Source: an uncultured Actinomycetes bacterium
GTDB taxonomy: Bacteria; Actinomycetota; UBA4738; HRBIN12
Reading direction: 5' to 3'
DNA: 64,000 nt
Assembly: GCA_963708985.1 (NCBI GenBank)
Contig: CAVPUQ010000001.1
Coordinates: forward strand, 406,663 to 470,662
Part shown: positions 53,003-64,000 of the stretch, piece after piece
Layout of the letters: each line of letters starts with the position of its first letter
Numbering within the stretch: position 1 is the first letter of the stretch
The notes under the pieces: model-generated
The model's input: the letters and a program-made list of their open reading frames with translations, nothing else
The model's database searches: none
What the model was told of the DNA's origin: nothing
Made by a program: the position numbers and the translations under genes

Positions 53003-53565
53003 ATGTGAACCGCGAGAAGGTCGAACAGGCCGTTCGCCTCCTCCTCGAGGGGATCGGCGAGGACCCCGACCGCGAGGGGGTCAAGGGCACGCCCCGGCGG
53101 GTAGCCGAGATGTACGAGGAGATCCTCGAAGGCATCGGCGTCGATCCCACGCCGATCGTCACGGTGGTGCCCGGCGCGGACTTCGACGAGATGATCATGG
53201 TGAAGGACATCCCGCTCACGGCGCTGTGCGAACACCACATGCTTCCGTTCAACGGGAAGGCCCACGTCGCGTACATCCCGAACAAGGATGGTCGGATCAC
53301 GGGGCTCTCGAAGATCGCGCGGGTCGTCGACGTCCTCGCGAAACGGCTCCAGGTCCAGGAGCGACTCACGACGCAGATCGCCGACGTGATCGACAAGGCG
53401 CTCGAGCCGCGCGGCGTGTTCGTCGTCATCGAGGCCGAGCACCTGTGCATGACGATGCGCGGCGTGAAGAAGCCCGGCTCGCTGACCGTCACCTCGGCCG
53501 TCCGAGGCCTGTTCCGATCGGACGAGCGCACGCGCCAGGAGGCCATCAGCCTCATCGGCAGGTAG
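52999..53565 (+). CDS. folE: GTP cyclohydrolase I
   Basis: [41 protein letters not shown]. Confidence 0.97.
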   Translation: MNVNREKVEQAVRLLLEGIGEDPDREGVKGTPRRVAEMYEEILEGIGVDPTPIVTVVPGADFDEMIMVKDIPLTALCEHHMLPFNGKAHVAYIPNKDGRITGLSKIARVVDVLAKRLQVQERLTTQIADVIDKALEPRGVFVVIEAEHLCMTMRGVKKPGSLTVTSAVRGLFRSDERTRQEAISLIGR

Positions 53566-53670
53566 TCGCTTCCGTCGTCCCGGCGTCGATGGGCCGTTCG
53601 GACCTGCCCGCGCGCATGGCGGCGCTGCGACGCTCGCGGCAGACACCAGACGGGGAACGGAGGCCGCGTC

Positions 53671-54819
53671 ATGCCGCGCCGACACGCGCTCACCTTGCTC
53701 TTCCTAGCCGCTCTGACGACCGGGACGACCCTGATGCTCGGCGGCTCGGCCGACGCCGATGTGACCGGTCCGTGCACCGCCACCATGAACGGCGTCGACG
53801 TCAACACGATCGATACCCCCAGCACAGCGCTGGAGGTTCCGTACGACGGGACCGCCTCGATCGACGTCGTGTCGTCGGCCGCGATCACGAGCCACACGGT
53901 GAAGCTCGAGCCGATCGGAGGCCTGGGCTTCACGGCGGACGAAGGGACCGACGAGGGCAACGGTTGGTCGGGGATCGTCGACGTCGCCGACTACGCGAAG
54001 TACGGCGTCGGTATCTACAAGGTGACGGGAACGGCTGAGGGACCGGGGGCATGCTCGGGTACGGCCTTCGTGAAGGTCACCGGCAAGAGCCCGCTCTCGA
54101 CGGCGGCCGGAGCGGCAGGCGCCGGGATCGCCGCCGTGGGCGCGGTGGGGATCGTGGCAAGCGCGCTCTCCGCGCGCGGGAAGGTGCGCCACGACAGCGG
54201 CGTGATGTTCTCCATGGCATCCGGCTCTGCCGAGGAGCCCCTCACCCCAGAGGGGTTCACGAACCCACGGTTCTGCGCGGGCGCTGCGCTCTCGGCGCTC
54301 GGACTCACGCTCGCGTACATGGTCTCCGGAGCAGGCACACCGGGTGCGGGTGTCTTCCGCCCGATCCGCTTCCGACCGTACCTCTCGATCTCGAGCTCGA
54401 TCTCGAGCCTCCTGTTCGGGCTCGGGACGATCGTGCTCGCGCAGCAGTTCGCGGTCCTGTATCCGACGCTCGTCATCGTGATCGCCTGGCTCGCGATCTG
54501 CGTGGCCCTCGGCGGGGCGTTGCTGCCATCGTTGATCCGGCTCTCGGGTGTCCGCGCCGTGAACGCGCGGCTTGGGCAGGTTGCCGCGACCGGACCTGCC
54601 CAGGTTGCCGCCGCGCCGGGGTGGGAGCCGACCCACCGGGTGCCGGCCGAGGGGCTCGACGCCTGGTCCGCACCGGATCCGGCCTCTGCCGGTCCTGTGC
54701 GTCTTGACCCCCGTCTCGAGCTCCGCGTCGAGCAGACCAGCGGCGACTGGGCGCAGGTCACCGCCTCGAACGGTTGGACGGGCTGGGTCGACGCTCGTCT
54801 CCTGGAGTCCCTCGCGTGA
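53671..54819 (+). CDS. Hypothetical multi-domain membrane protein (signal peptide, beta-rich ectodomain, TMs, C-terminal SH3-like domain)
   Basis: Intact 382 aa; two Cys in the ectodomain; C-terminal WEPTHRVP...GDWAQVTASNGWTGWVD. Confidence 0.75.
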   Translation: MPRRHALTLLFLAALTTGTTLMLGGSADADVTGPCTATMNGVDVNTIDTPSTALEVPYDGTASIDVVSSAAITSHTVKLEPIGGLGFTADEGTDEGNGWSGIVDVADYAKYGVGIYKVTGTAEGPGACSGTAFVKVTGKSPLSTAAGAAGAGIAAVGAVGIVASALSARGKVRHDSGVMFSMASGSAEEPLTPEGFTNPRFCAGAALSALGLTLAYMVSGAGTPGAGVFRPIRFRPYLSISSSISSLLFGLGTIVLAQQFAVLYPTLVIVIAWLAICVALGGALLPSLIRLSGVRAVNARLGQVAATGPAQVAAAPGWEPTHRVPAEGLDAWSAPDPASAGPVRLDPRLELRVEQTSGDWAQVTASNGWTGWVDARLLESLA

Positions 54820-55049
54820 CCGAGCACGCCTCGGCCGGATCGCGGTTCGCGCTGCGCTTCGTGCAGACGTACCGGGCCACCGCGGAGCACCAAGGCCTCC
54901 AGGTTCGATGCCGGTTCGAGCCCTCGTGCTCCGCCTACGCGCTCGAGGCGTACCGCCGGCACGGGTTCTGGCGGGCGACCGTCCGGACGCTTCGTCGGCT
55001 CTCGCGGTGCCGGCCCGGATACGATGGGTCGCTCGTCGACCCGCCATAG
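54816..55049 (+). CDS. yidD: YidD-like membrane protein insertion efficiency factor / haemolytic-domain protein
   Basis: CRFEPSCSAYALEAYRRHG...RLSRCRP..DP; GTGA overlap with the upstream gene. Confidence 0.85.
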   Translation: MTEHASAGSRFALRFVQTYRATAEHQGLQVRCRFEPSCSAYALEAYRRHGFWRATVRTLRRLSRCRPGYDGSLVDPP

Positions 55050-55097
55050 TCGCGAGGACCGCCGTCCAGCCCGTCGCACGCGGCTACGATGGGCGCG

Positions 55098-55949
55098 ATG
55101 GCCGAAGCGCTGTGCTGGCACGCCGCGGGGCGGGTGCTCGACTGTTCCGCGCGCACGCTCGTGATGGGTGTCGTCAACGTCACGCCGGACTCCTTCTCCG
55201 ACGGCGGGCGGTTCCTCGAGCCGGAGGCGGCGCTCGCCCACGCGCTCGGCCTCGTCGAGGACGGCGCCGACATCGTGGACGTCGGCGGCGAGTCCACGCG
55301 CCCGGGCTCGGAGCCGGTGTCGGCCGAGGAGGAGCAGGGTCGCGTGGTGCCGGTGATCCGGCGTCTCGCGGCCGCACATCCGGCGCTCGCGATCTCCATC
55401 GACACGCGGAAGCCTGAGGTCGCTGAGGCCGCCCTGGCGGCGGGGGCGTGCATCGTGAACGACGTCTCGGGCAGCCGCTCCGCAGGCATGTTCGAGGTCG
55501 TGCGCGACGCCGGCGCGGGCCTGGTCCTGATGCACATGCTCGGCGAGCCGAAGACGATGCAGGAGGCGCCCCAGTACGACGATGTCGTCGCCGAGGTGAA
55601 GGAGTACCTCCGCGAGCGGGTCGAGGCGGCCGAGTTCGCGGGCATCCCTCCCGAGGCGCTCTGCGTCGACCCCGGCATCGGGTTCGGGAAGAACCTCGAG
55701 CACAACCTCGCGCTCCTGCACGGGCTCGACGCGCTCGCGGACCTCGGGCGTCCGCTGCTCGTGGGGCCCTCGAGGAAGCGCTTCATCGGCACGATCCTCG
55801 ACCTGCCCGAGGGCGATCGGGTCGAAGGGACCGCGGGTGCGGTCGCGTGGGCCGTCGCGCACGGCGCGAACCTCGTGCGCGTGCACGACGTGAGGCAGAT
55901 CGTCCGGGTGGTCCGCGTGGTGGACGCGATCGTGCGGGCGGAGGCGTGA
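55098..55949 (+). CDS. folP: Dihydropteroate synthase
   Basis: MGVVNVTPDSFSDGG, DVGGESTRPG, DPGIGFGK, SRKRF, RVHDV. ATG 55098 is 7 nt after TACGAT. Confidence 0.97.
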   Translation: MAEALCWHAAGRVLDCSARTLVMGVVNVTPDSFSDGGRFLEPEAALAHALGLVEDGADIVDVGGESTRPGSEPVSAEEEQGRVVPVIRRLAAAHPALAISIDTRKPEVAEAALAAGACIVNDVSGSRSAGMFEVVRDAGAGLVLMHMLGEPKTMQEAPQYDDVVAEVKEYLRERVEAAEFAGIPPEALCVDPGIGFGKNLEHNLALLHGLDALADLGRPLLVGPSRKRFIGTILDLPEGDRVEGTAGAVAWAVAHGANLVRVHDVRQIVRVVRVVDAIVRAEA

Positions 55950-56846
55950 GCTACCGAGGAGAAGCACCGGTTCTCGACCTCGGCGGGCGAGCTCGCCTAC
56001 CTCGAGCTCGGAGACCCCGACACCCCCCCCGTGGTCTTCCTCCACGGGTTCCCCACGTCCTCGTACCTGTGGCGGCACATCACGCCGCTGCTCGCCCCGT
56101 GGATGCGGGTGATCGTGCCCGACCTGCTCGGGGCCGGCGATTCCGACAAGCCCCCGGGCGCGTCGCTCGGGCTCGAGGCCCAGGCGGGCTACGTGCGCGA
56201 GCTGCTGGGCGGGCTCGGCGTGGCGTCGTTCGCCGTCGTCGGGCACGGGTTCGGCGGCGGCATCGCGCAGCTCCTCGCGCTCGAGGGCGGCGTCGGCGCG
56301 ATGGTGCTCGTGGACCCGGCGGCGTTCGATGCATGGCCGGGTCCCCCGACGCGCGAGGAGCAGTCCCGGGCGCCGGCCTCGGGAGCGGCGCTCGCCGCCG
56401 CCATGATCCGCACCGCCCTCGAGCTCGGCATCCGCCACCGGGAGCGTCTGACCGAGGAGGATCTCGCGGAGTACGTTCGGCCCTACGCCGGTGAAGTCGG
56501 GAGCGCTGCCTGCTTCCGCGCCCTCCGCGCGCTCGACGGTGAAGGCCTCGTCGGCATCGAGCCCGAGCTCGAGCACCTCGAGATCCCGACCCTCGTCCTG
56601 TGGGGGGAGGAGGATCCCTTCCACCGGCCCGAGCTCGCCGAACGACTCGGGGACGCGCTGCCGATGGCCTCGGTCGCCCTGCTGCCCGGGTGCGCGCACT
56701 TCCTGCCCGAGGAGGCCCCGGAGACGATCGGGCCGCTCATCTACGAGTACCTGCGGTCTCGCTACCTCGGCGCGCCGCACACGCATGCGGGTGGCCCGGT
56801 CGTGGTCGATCTCGGCCGTCGCCCGCCGGAGAAGGAGGAGACGTGA
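55946..56846 (+). CDS. alpha/beta-fold hydrolase-like protein with Gly at the nucleophile position (indel at very start)
   Basis: VVFLHGFPTSSYLW, PDLLGAGDS, VVGHGFGGG, LVLWGEEDPF, CAHFLPEE. Confidence 0.85.
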
Positions 56847-57196
56847 GCACGAGGCTGTTCCTCACGGGGATCGGGTCGGTGGGTCGGCACGGCGCGAACC
56901 CGGGCGAGAAGGACGAGCCGCAGGACTTCGTGGTGGACCTCGACGTCGAGGTCGACGTCGAGGCCGACACGCTCGCCCAGACCGCGGACTACCGGGCGCT
57001 GGTCCGCTCGGCCCGCGAGACGGTCGAGCGCACCTCGTACGACCTGCTCGAGTCGCTCGCGGCCGCGGTCGCGCGATCGGTCGTCTCGCACGAGGGCGTC
57101 ATGCGGGTGACGGCGATCGTGCACAAGCCGGCGGCCGCGCGCTCGAACGAGGTCCAGGGCATCGCCGCGGCCTTCACCGCGGAGGCCGAGCGCTGA
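56843..57196 (+). CDS. folB: Dihydroneopterin aldolase
   Basis: GRHGANPGEK..QDFVVD, TADY, LLESLA, VHKP; between folP region and folK. Confidence 0.85.
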   Translation: MSTRLFLTGIGSVGRHGANPGEKDEPQDFVVDLDVEVDVEADTLAQTADYRALVRSARETVERTSYDLLESLAAAVARSVVSHEGVMRVTAIVHKPAAARSNEVQGIAAAFTAEAER

Positions 57197-57210
57197 GCGC
57201 TCGCGAACCG

Positions 57211-57714
57211 ATGAGCACCGCCGCCTACGTCGCGCTTGGGTCGAACCTCGGGGATCGGCTCGCGAACCTCCAGCGGGCGGTCGACGCGCTCGGCACGCAC
57301 CCGCGTCTCCGCATGGTGCGCTCGAGCCGGGTCTACGAGACCGAGCCGGTGGGCGGTCCCGAGCAGCCCGAGTTCCTGAACGCCGTCCTCGAGGTCGAGA
57401 CGGACCTGACGCCGCGGGGCTTGCTCGATGCCTGTCTCGCCGTCGAGATCGACATGGGGCGGGTCCGGACCGAGCGCTGGGGCCCCCGTTCGATCGACAT
57501 CGACCTTCTGACGTACGGGACCGAGACGATCGACCAGCCGGACCTCGTCGTCCCTCACCCTCGGATGCACGAGCGAGGCTTCGTCCTGGTCCCGCTCTCC
57601 GAGCTCGAAGCGGACCCGCCGCTCCCGAACGGGCGTCGGCTCGCGTCGCTGCGTCTTGGCCCGGGGGTGGTGCTCGGCGTCCGGCCGTTCGCGCCGCCGC
57701 TGCGCATGTCCTGA
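57211..57714 (+). CDS. folK: 2-amino-4-hydroxy-6-hydroxymethyldihydropteridine diphosphokinase
   Basis: YVALGSNLG, YETEP, FLNAV, RWGPRSIDIDLL, VPHPRMHERGFVL. Confidence 0.96.
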   Translation: MSTAAYVALGSNLGDRLANLQRAVDALGTHPRLRMVRSSRVYETEPVGGPEQPEFLNAVLEVETDLTPRGLLDACLAVEIDMGRVRTERWGPRSIDIDLLTYGTETIDQPDLVVPHPRMHERGFVLVPLSELEADPPLPNGRRLASLRLGPGVVLGVRPFAPPLRMS

Positions 57715-57732
57715 CGCGGGATACTCGGGGGC

Positions 57733-58596
57733 GTGGACATCGCGGTCATCGGGGCGGGGCGGGTCGGTACCGCGATGGCGGTCTTGCTCGGTCGCGCCGG
57801 GCACACCATCCGGGCGGTCGCCGGGGGCGAGGGCACCCGCGAGCGAGCCGCGCGGTACCTCGCGCACGTCCCGATCCTTCAGCGCGAGGATGCCGCGCGC
57901 TCGGCCGAGCTCGTGCTGCTCGGCACGCCCGACGCCGCGATCGAGCCGGTCTGCACCGAGCTCGCGCGCGCCGGCGCGCTCGGGCCGGACCGGACCGTCG
58001 CCCACCTCTCGGGCGCGACCGGGCTCGACGCGCTCGGGACGGCCGAGGCCGGCGGCGCGGCGGTGCTCTGCGTCCACCCGCTCATGACCTGCCCCGACGT
58101 CGATGCTGCGATCGCGCGGATCCCCGGGAGCGCGTTCGGCGTGACGGCGCGCTCGCCGCTCGCGTTCCAGCTCGGCGAGCAGCTGGCGATCGACGTCGGA
58201 GGGCGGCCCTTCGGGCTCGAGGACGACATGAAGCCGCTGTACCACGCGGCCGCCGTGTTCGCCTCGAACTACGTGGTCACGCTCACCGCGCTCGCCCAGT
58301 CGCTCGAGGAAGCCGCGGGCGTACCGGAGCCGCTCGAGGCGCTCGCGCCGCTCCAGCGCGCGACCCTCGAGAACGTGGCGGCCGTCGGACCCGGCGCCGC
58401 ACTCACCGGGCCGGCCGTGCGCGGCGACGACCTCACGGTCGAGCGCAACCTCCGCGCGCTCGCCGAGCACGCTCCCGAGGCCGTCCGCGCGTACGTGGCG
58501 CTCGCCGACCTCGCGCTCGACCTCGCGACGGCGTCGGGGAGGCTCGACGCCATGGGTCGCGCCGCCGTGGAGGAGGTGCTCGCCCGGTGGAGGTGA
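57733..58596 (+). CDS. Rossmann-like + DUF2520 oxidoreductase (PanG-type ketopantoate reductase candidate)
   Basis: IGAGRVG, HLSGA, VHPLMT, YHAAAVFASN, ALTGPAVRGD; overlaps panC. Confidence 0.88.
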   Translation: MDIAVIGAGRVGTAMAVLLGRAGHTIRAVAGGEGTRERAARYLAHVPILQREDAARSAELVLLGTPDAAIEPVCTELARAGALGPDRTVAHLSGATGLDALGTAEAGGAAVLCVHPLMTCPDVDAAIARIPGSAFGVTARSPLAFQLGEQLAIDVGGRPFGLEDDMKPLYHAAAVFASNYVVTLTALAQSLEEAAGVPEPLEALAPLQRATLENVAAVGPGAALTGPAVRGDDLTVERNLRALAEHAPEAVRAYVALADLALDLATASGRLDAMGRAAVEEVLARWR

Positions 58597-59444
58597 CCCG
58601 GACGGTCGCCGGCGTACGGGTCGCGTGCCACGCGGCACGGGCCGAGGGTAAGGTCGTCGGGTTCGTCCCCACGATGGGCGCGTTCCATGACGGCCACCGC
58701 TCACTGATGAGGCGTGCCCGGGCCGAGCGCGACTTCGCCGTCGTCTCGATCTTCGTGAACCCCACGCAGTTCGGCGATCCGCACGACTTCGCCACGTATC
58801 CGCACGACGAGGAGCACGACCTCGGTGTGGCCGAGCGCCTGGGCGTCGATGTCGCGTTCGTGCCGAGCACCGAGGAGATGTACCCGCCGGGAGAGGCGGG
58901 GTCCCAGATCGCGGTGGACCCCGGCGAGCTCGGCGAGCGGCTCGAGGGCGCGAGCCGTCCCGGCCATTTGCGCGGCGTCGCCACCGTGGTGGCGAAGCTC
59001 TTGCACGCCGTCGGTCCCTGCAGCGCGTACTTCGGCGAGAAGGACGCGCAGCAACTCGCGATCGTTCGGCGGATGGCGGGGGACCTGCTGTTCCCCGTCC
59101 AGATCGTGGCTTGTCCGACCGTGCGCGAGCCCGACGGCCTGGCGATGTCCTCCCGGAACCGACGTCTCACGCCCGAGCAGCGGGCGGCCGCCGGCTGCCT
59201 GTTCCTCGCGCTCGTCGAGGCCGCCGAGCTCGCGCGGGCCGGCGAGCGCGACGCGCCGACGCTCGTCGCCGTGATGGCCCGCGAGATCGGTGCGACGCGC
59301 GAGGCCCGGCTCGACTACGCCGCCGTCGTGGACGAGGAGTCGTTCTCGGAGGTCCGCACGATCGAGCGCCCGGCCCGCTCGCTCGTCGCCGCCTGGTTCG
59401 GCGACGTCCGGCTCATCGACAACCTCCTGCTGCCGACACCCTGA
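58587..59444 (+). CDS. panC: Pantoate--beta-alanine ligase
   Basis: FVPTMGAFHDGH, SIFVNPTQF, FGEKDAQQ, REPDGLAMSSRN, RLIDN. Confidence 0.96.
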   Translation: MEVTRTVAGVRVACHAARAEGKVVGFVPTMGAFHDGHRSLMRRARAERDFAVVSIFVNPTQFGDPHDFATYPHDEEHDLGVAERLGVDVAFVPSTEEMYPPGEAGSQIAVDPGELGERLEGASRPGHLRGVATVVAKLLHAVGPCSAYFGEKDAQQLAIVRRMAGDLLFPVQIVACPTVREPDGLAMSSRNRRLTPEQRAAAGCLFLALVEAAELARAGERDAPTLVAVMAREIGATREARLDYAAVVDEESFSEVRTIERPARSLVAAWFGDVRLIDNLLLPTP

Positions 59445-59477
59445 CCGGCGTGCCGGGGGCCGCCTACGTGTGCCACG

Positions 59478-60261
59478 ATGGGCGCCGTGCTGCTCGCGGT
59501 GAACGTCGGGAACACGAACACGAGCCTCGGGGTGTTCCGCGGCTCCGAGCTCGCGCACCACTGGCGGCTCTCGTCTTCCACCCGGCGCACGGCCGACGAG
59601 ATGGCGGTCGTCTTCGGAGCGCTGCTCGAGCAGGTGGAGCTGTCGTTCACGAACCAGATCACCGGCGTCGTGATCGCATCGGTGGTGCCCTCGGCGACGA
59701 CGGCCCTGCGCGAGATGGTTCAGCGCTACTTCAGCTTCCCGCCCGTCGTCGTCGAGCCCGGCACCCGCACGGGCCTGCCGATCCTCACCGACAACCCGCG
59801 AGAGGTCGGCGCCGACCGGATCGTGAACGCGCTCGCCGCGTATCACCGCTACGGCGGGCCGGCGATCGTGATCGACTTCGGCACGGCGACGACGTTCGAC
59901 GTCGTCTCGGAGAAGGGCGAGTTCCTCGGCGGCGTCATCGCGCCGGGCGTCCAGGTCTCGAACGCCGCGCTCTCGGCCTCGACCGCGCGGCTCCCGCAGG
60001 TCGAGCTCCACCCCCCGCGCTCGGTGATCGGCAAGAACACCGTCGAGTCGATCCAATCGGGGCTCGTCTACGGCGCGGCCGCCGAGGCCGACGGCATCGT
60101 CGACCGGATCCGCACGGAGCTCGGCAGCGACGCCGCGGTCGTGGCCACGGGGGGACTCGGTCCGCTCATCGTGCCGTCGTGCCACACCGTCGAGCACCAC
60201 GACGAGTGGCTCACGCTCGAGGGCCTCCTGCTCGTGTTCGAGCGCAACATCGGACCGGACC

Positions 60262-60269
<8 letters not shown>
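59478..60269 (+). CDS. coaX: Type III pantothenate kinase
   Basis: LLAVNVGNTN, EVGADR, IDFGTATTFD, VATGG, LTLEGL. Confidence 0.95.
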
Positions 60270-61779
<1,510 letters not shown>

Positions 61780-62160
61780 GCGCGCTCGGTCCTGTCCGGC
61801 CGCCGCCTCGTGGATCACGATGACGAGGTCCTCCAGCGCCGAGCCCTTCGCGAGGAACCCCGATGCGCCGGCTTGGCGCGCCTCCTTCTCTATGCCGGGG
61901 TCGGCGTGCGCCGTGAGGAAGACGATGGGCAGGTCAGGCTGGCGGCGGTGGATCTCCTTCATCGCGTCGATCCCCGAGATGTCGGGCATGGACAGGTCCA
62001 TGATCACGAGGTCGGGCTCGACCACCGCCACCTTCTCGGTCGCGTCGCGCCCCCCGCCGGCCTCGCCGGCCACTTCGATGCTTTCCACCATGTTCAAGGC
62101 CGACGTGAGCGCACGCCGGAACGCCGGATGGTCGTCGACGACCAGTACCCGCAACGTCAT
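61780..62160 (-). CDS. Single-domain response regulator (receiver only; 3' end uncertain)
   Basis: MTLRVLVVDDHPAFR, PDLVIMDLSMPDISG, FLTAH, GFLAKG; RBS GAGGAG. No stop is seen before the frame runs antisense into lysS. Confidence 0.82.
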
Positions 62161-62552
62161 CTTCTCCTCACGGGGAAGTTGCTCGGGGGGAAGGCACGGT
62201 CATGAAGCAGCACTCCCATCTTCGCCGAGCGTCGTGCAGGAGGACAACGCCCCATCCGGGGGAAACTCCTGTGGTCCGTTCGGGCCACATCCGGTCCTTC
62301 CGATGTAGGCCTCATCTCGAGGCGGCCGGCGTCCGAAGAACCATCGGAGGAGCGCGGACGTTGTCAAGGGCATGGGCATCGGGTCCGGAAACTTCCGCAA
62401 CAGGGACCGGGGGTATACTTCCCGATGTGGGGCGCTTCGGGGGCGCGCGAAGGGCGCCCGGAGCGCCTGAACGTGCCTCGAGGGTAGGACGTGGTCCGCG
62501 GATCCTCGAGGCAGTTCGATAACAGAAGGGGCTTCGGCCCCGGGGGAGTGAC

Positions 62553-64000
62553 ATGTTCGAGCGGTTCACCGACCGAGCCAGACGGGTCGTGGTCCTCGCC
62601 CAGGAAGAGGCGAGGATGCTCAACCACAACTACATCGGAACCGAGCACATCCTCCTCGGCTTGATCCACGAGGGGGAGGGCGTCGCGGCGAAGGCCCTCG
62701 AGTCGATGAGCATCTCCCTGGAGGCCGTGCGGCAGCAGGTCGAGGAGATCATCGGGCAGGGTCAGGCCGCGCCGACCGGGCACATCCCGTTCACGCCGCG
62801 TGCGAAGAAGGTCCTCGAGCTATCGCTGCGTGAGGCGCTCCAGCTCGGACACAACTACATCGGAACCGAGCACATCCTCCTCGGCCTCATCCGCGAGGGC
62901 GAGGGCGTCGCCGCCCAGGTCCTCCAGAAGCTCGGTGCGGACCTGAACCGCGTCCGCCAGACCGTCATCCAGCTGCTCTCCGGCTACACGGGTGGCAAGG
63001 GCGAGCCGGCGTCGCCGGAGCAGGGCGGCCAGCAGGGCCAGGGCTCGATGGTCCTGGACCAGTTCGGACGCAACCTGACCTCGCTCGCCCGGGAGCAGAA
63101 GCTCGACCCGGTGATCGGCCGTGAGAAGGAGATCGAGCGGGTCATGCAGGTCCTGTCCCGCCGGACGAAGAACAACCCCGTGCTCATCGGGGAGCCCGGC
63201 GTCGGCAAGACCGCGATCGTCGAGGGACTCGCCCAGGACATCGTGAAGGGCGACGTGCCCGAGACCCTGAAGGGCAAGCAGATCTACACGCTCGACCTCG
63301 GGGCGCTCGTGGCCGGCTCACGCTACCGCGGCGACTTCGAGGAGCGGCTGAAGAAGGTCCTGAAGGAGATCCGTACCCGCGGCGACATCGTGCTGTTCAT
63401 CGATGAGCTGCACACGCTCGTCGGCGCCGGCGCGGCCGAGGGTGCGATCGACGCCGCCAGCATCCTCAAGCCGATGCTCGCGCGAGGCGAGCTTCAGACG
63501 ATCGGCGCGACCACGCGCGATGAGTACCGCAAGCACCTCGAGAAGGACGCGGCCCTCGAGCGCCGGTTCCAGCCGATCAGCGTCGAGGAGCCGTCCGTCG
63601 CTCACACGATCGAGATCTTGAAGGGACTGCGGGACCGGTACGAGGCCCACCACCGGGTGAGCTACACGGACGACGCGCTCGTCGCGGCCGCGAACCTGGC
63701 CGATCGCTACATCAGCGACCGGTTCTTGCCGGACAAGGCCATCGACCTCATCGACGAGGCCGGCAGCCGTATGCGGATCCGCCGCATGACCGCCCCGCCG
63801 GACGTCCGCGAGGTCGACGAGAAGATCGCCGACGTGCGCCTGAAGAAGGAGTCCGCGATCGATGCGCAGGACTTCGAGAAGGCCGCCGGCCTGCGCGACG
63901 AGGAGCGCCAGCTCATCGAGGAGCGTCAGCGCCGCGAGACGGAGTGGAAGTCCGGCGAGATGGACATCCTTTCCGAGGTCGACGAGGAGGAGATCGCCGA
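62553..64000 (+). CDS. clpC: ATP-dependent Clp protease ATP-binding subunit ClpC (3' truncated by window)
   Basis: [20 protein letters not shown], two Clp-N repeats, [32 protein letters not shown]. Confidence 0.98.
   Translation, partial: MFERFTDRARRVVVLAQEEARMLNHNYIGTEHILLGLIHEGEGVAAKALESMSISLEAVRQQVEEIIGQGQAAPTGHIPFTPRAKKVLELSLREALQLGHNYIGTEHILLGLIREGEGVAAQVLQKLGADLNRVRQTVIQLLSGYTGGKGEPASPEQGGQQGQGSMVLDQFGRNLTSLAREQKLDPVIGREKEIERVMQVLSRRTKNNPVLIGEPGVGKTAIVEGLAQDIVKGDVPETLKGKQIYTLDLGALVAGSRYRGDFEERLKKVLKEIRTRGDIVLFIDELHTLVGAGAAEGAIDAASILKPMLARGELQTIGATTRDEYRKHLEKDAALERRFQPISVEEPSVAHTIEILKGLRDRYEAHHRVSYTDDALVAAANLADRYISDRFLPDKAIDLIDEAGSRMRIRRMTAPPDVREVDEKIADVRLKKESAIDAQDFEKAAGLRDEERQLIEERQRRETEWKSGEMDILSEVDEEEIA

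Overview
Very GC-rich (about 70% by eye, not computed) bacterial chromosome segment, most likely an Actinomycetota outside the classical actinomycete orders. Gene order follows the Mycobacterium/Streptomyces topA-tmk-holB-tRNA-Thr and tilS-hpt-ftsH-fol-pan-lysS-clpC blocks, but TopA carries zinc ribbons and there is no lsr2 before clpC. About half of the genes, including essential ones (topA, lysS, tilS), are broken by frameshifts. The breaks I checked are repaired by deleting single bases, so I treat them as sequencing or consensus errors and give reconstructed coordinates. Contents in order: (1) 1-2.6 kb, end of a molybdopterin oxidoreductase/4Fe-4S/NrfD operon. (2) TetR-MMPL pair with a triple operator. 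(3) YprA/SftH-type helicase plus SLOG protein. (4) A cation-homeostasis region at about 8.4-26.2 kb: CaCA exchanger, NhaA with a possible cis-regulatory leader, CBS plus NhaD/ArsB, K+-independent H+-PPase, two TrkA, and two KimA-like K+ transporters flanking a truncated KdpD/KdpE pair with no kdpFABC. (5) HD protein, Cys/His-rich hypothetical, tryptophanase, YihY, GNAT, DedA. (6) topA, MFS-tmk, holB. (7) A 9.6 kb signalling cassette (36.6-46.3 kb) between holB and tRNA-Thr(CGT): two paralogous GAF histidine kinases, three receiver proteins including a REC-LuxR-HTH-adenylate cyclase fusion, a stand-alone USP and a USP-ABC1/UbiB kinase fusion, with a shared 13-bp motif in two promoter regions. 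This is the best candidate for an undescribed system (two-component to cAMP to USP-gated atypical kinase). (8) The tilS-clpC housekeeping cluster with lineage-specific insertions (YidD paralog plus SH3 membrane protein, HAD, nucleophile-less alpha/beta hydrolase). No CRISPR array, rRNA, integrase or transposase was seen.
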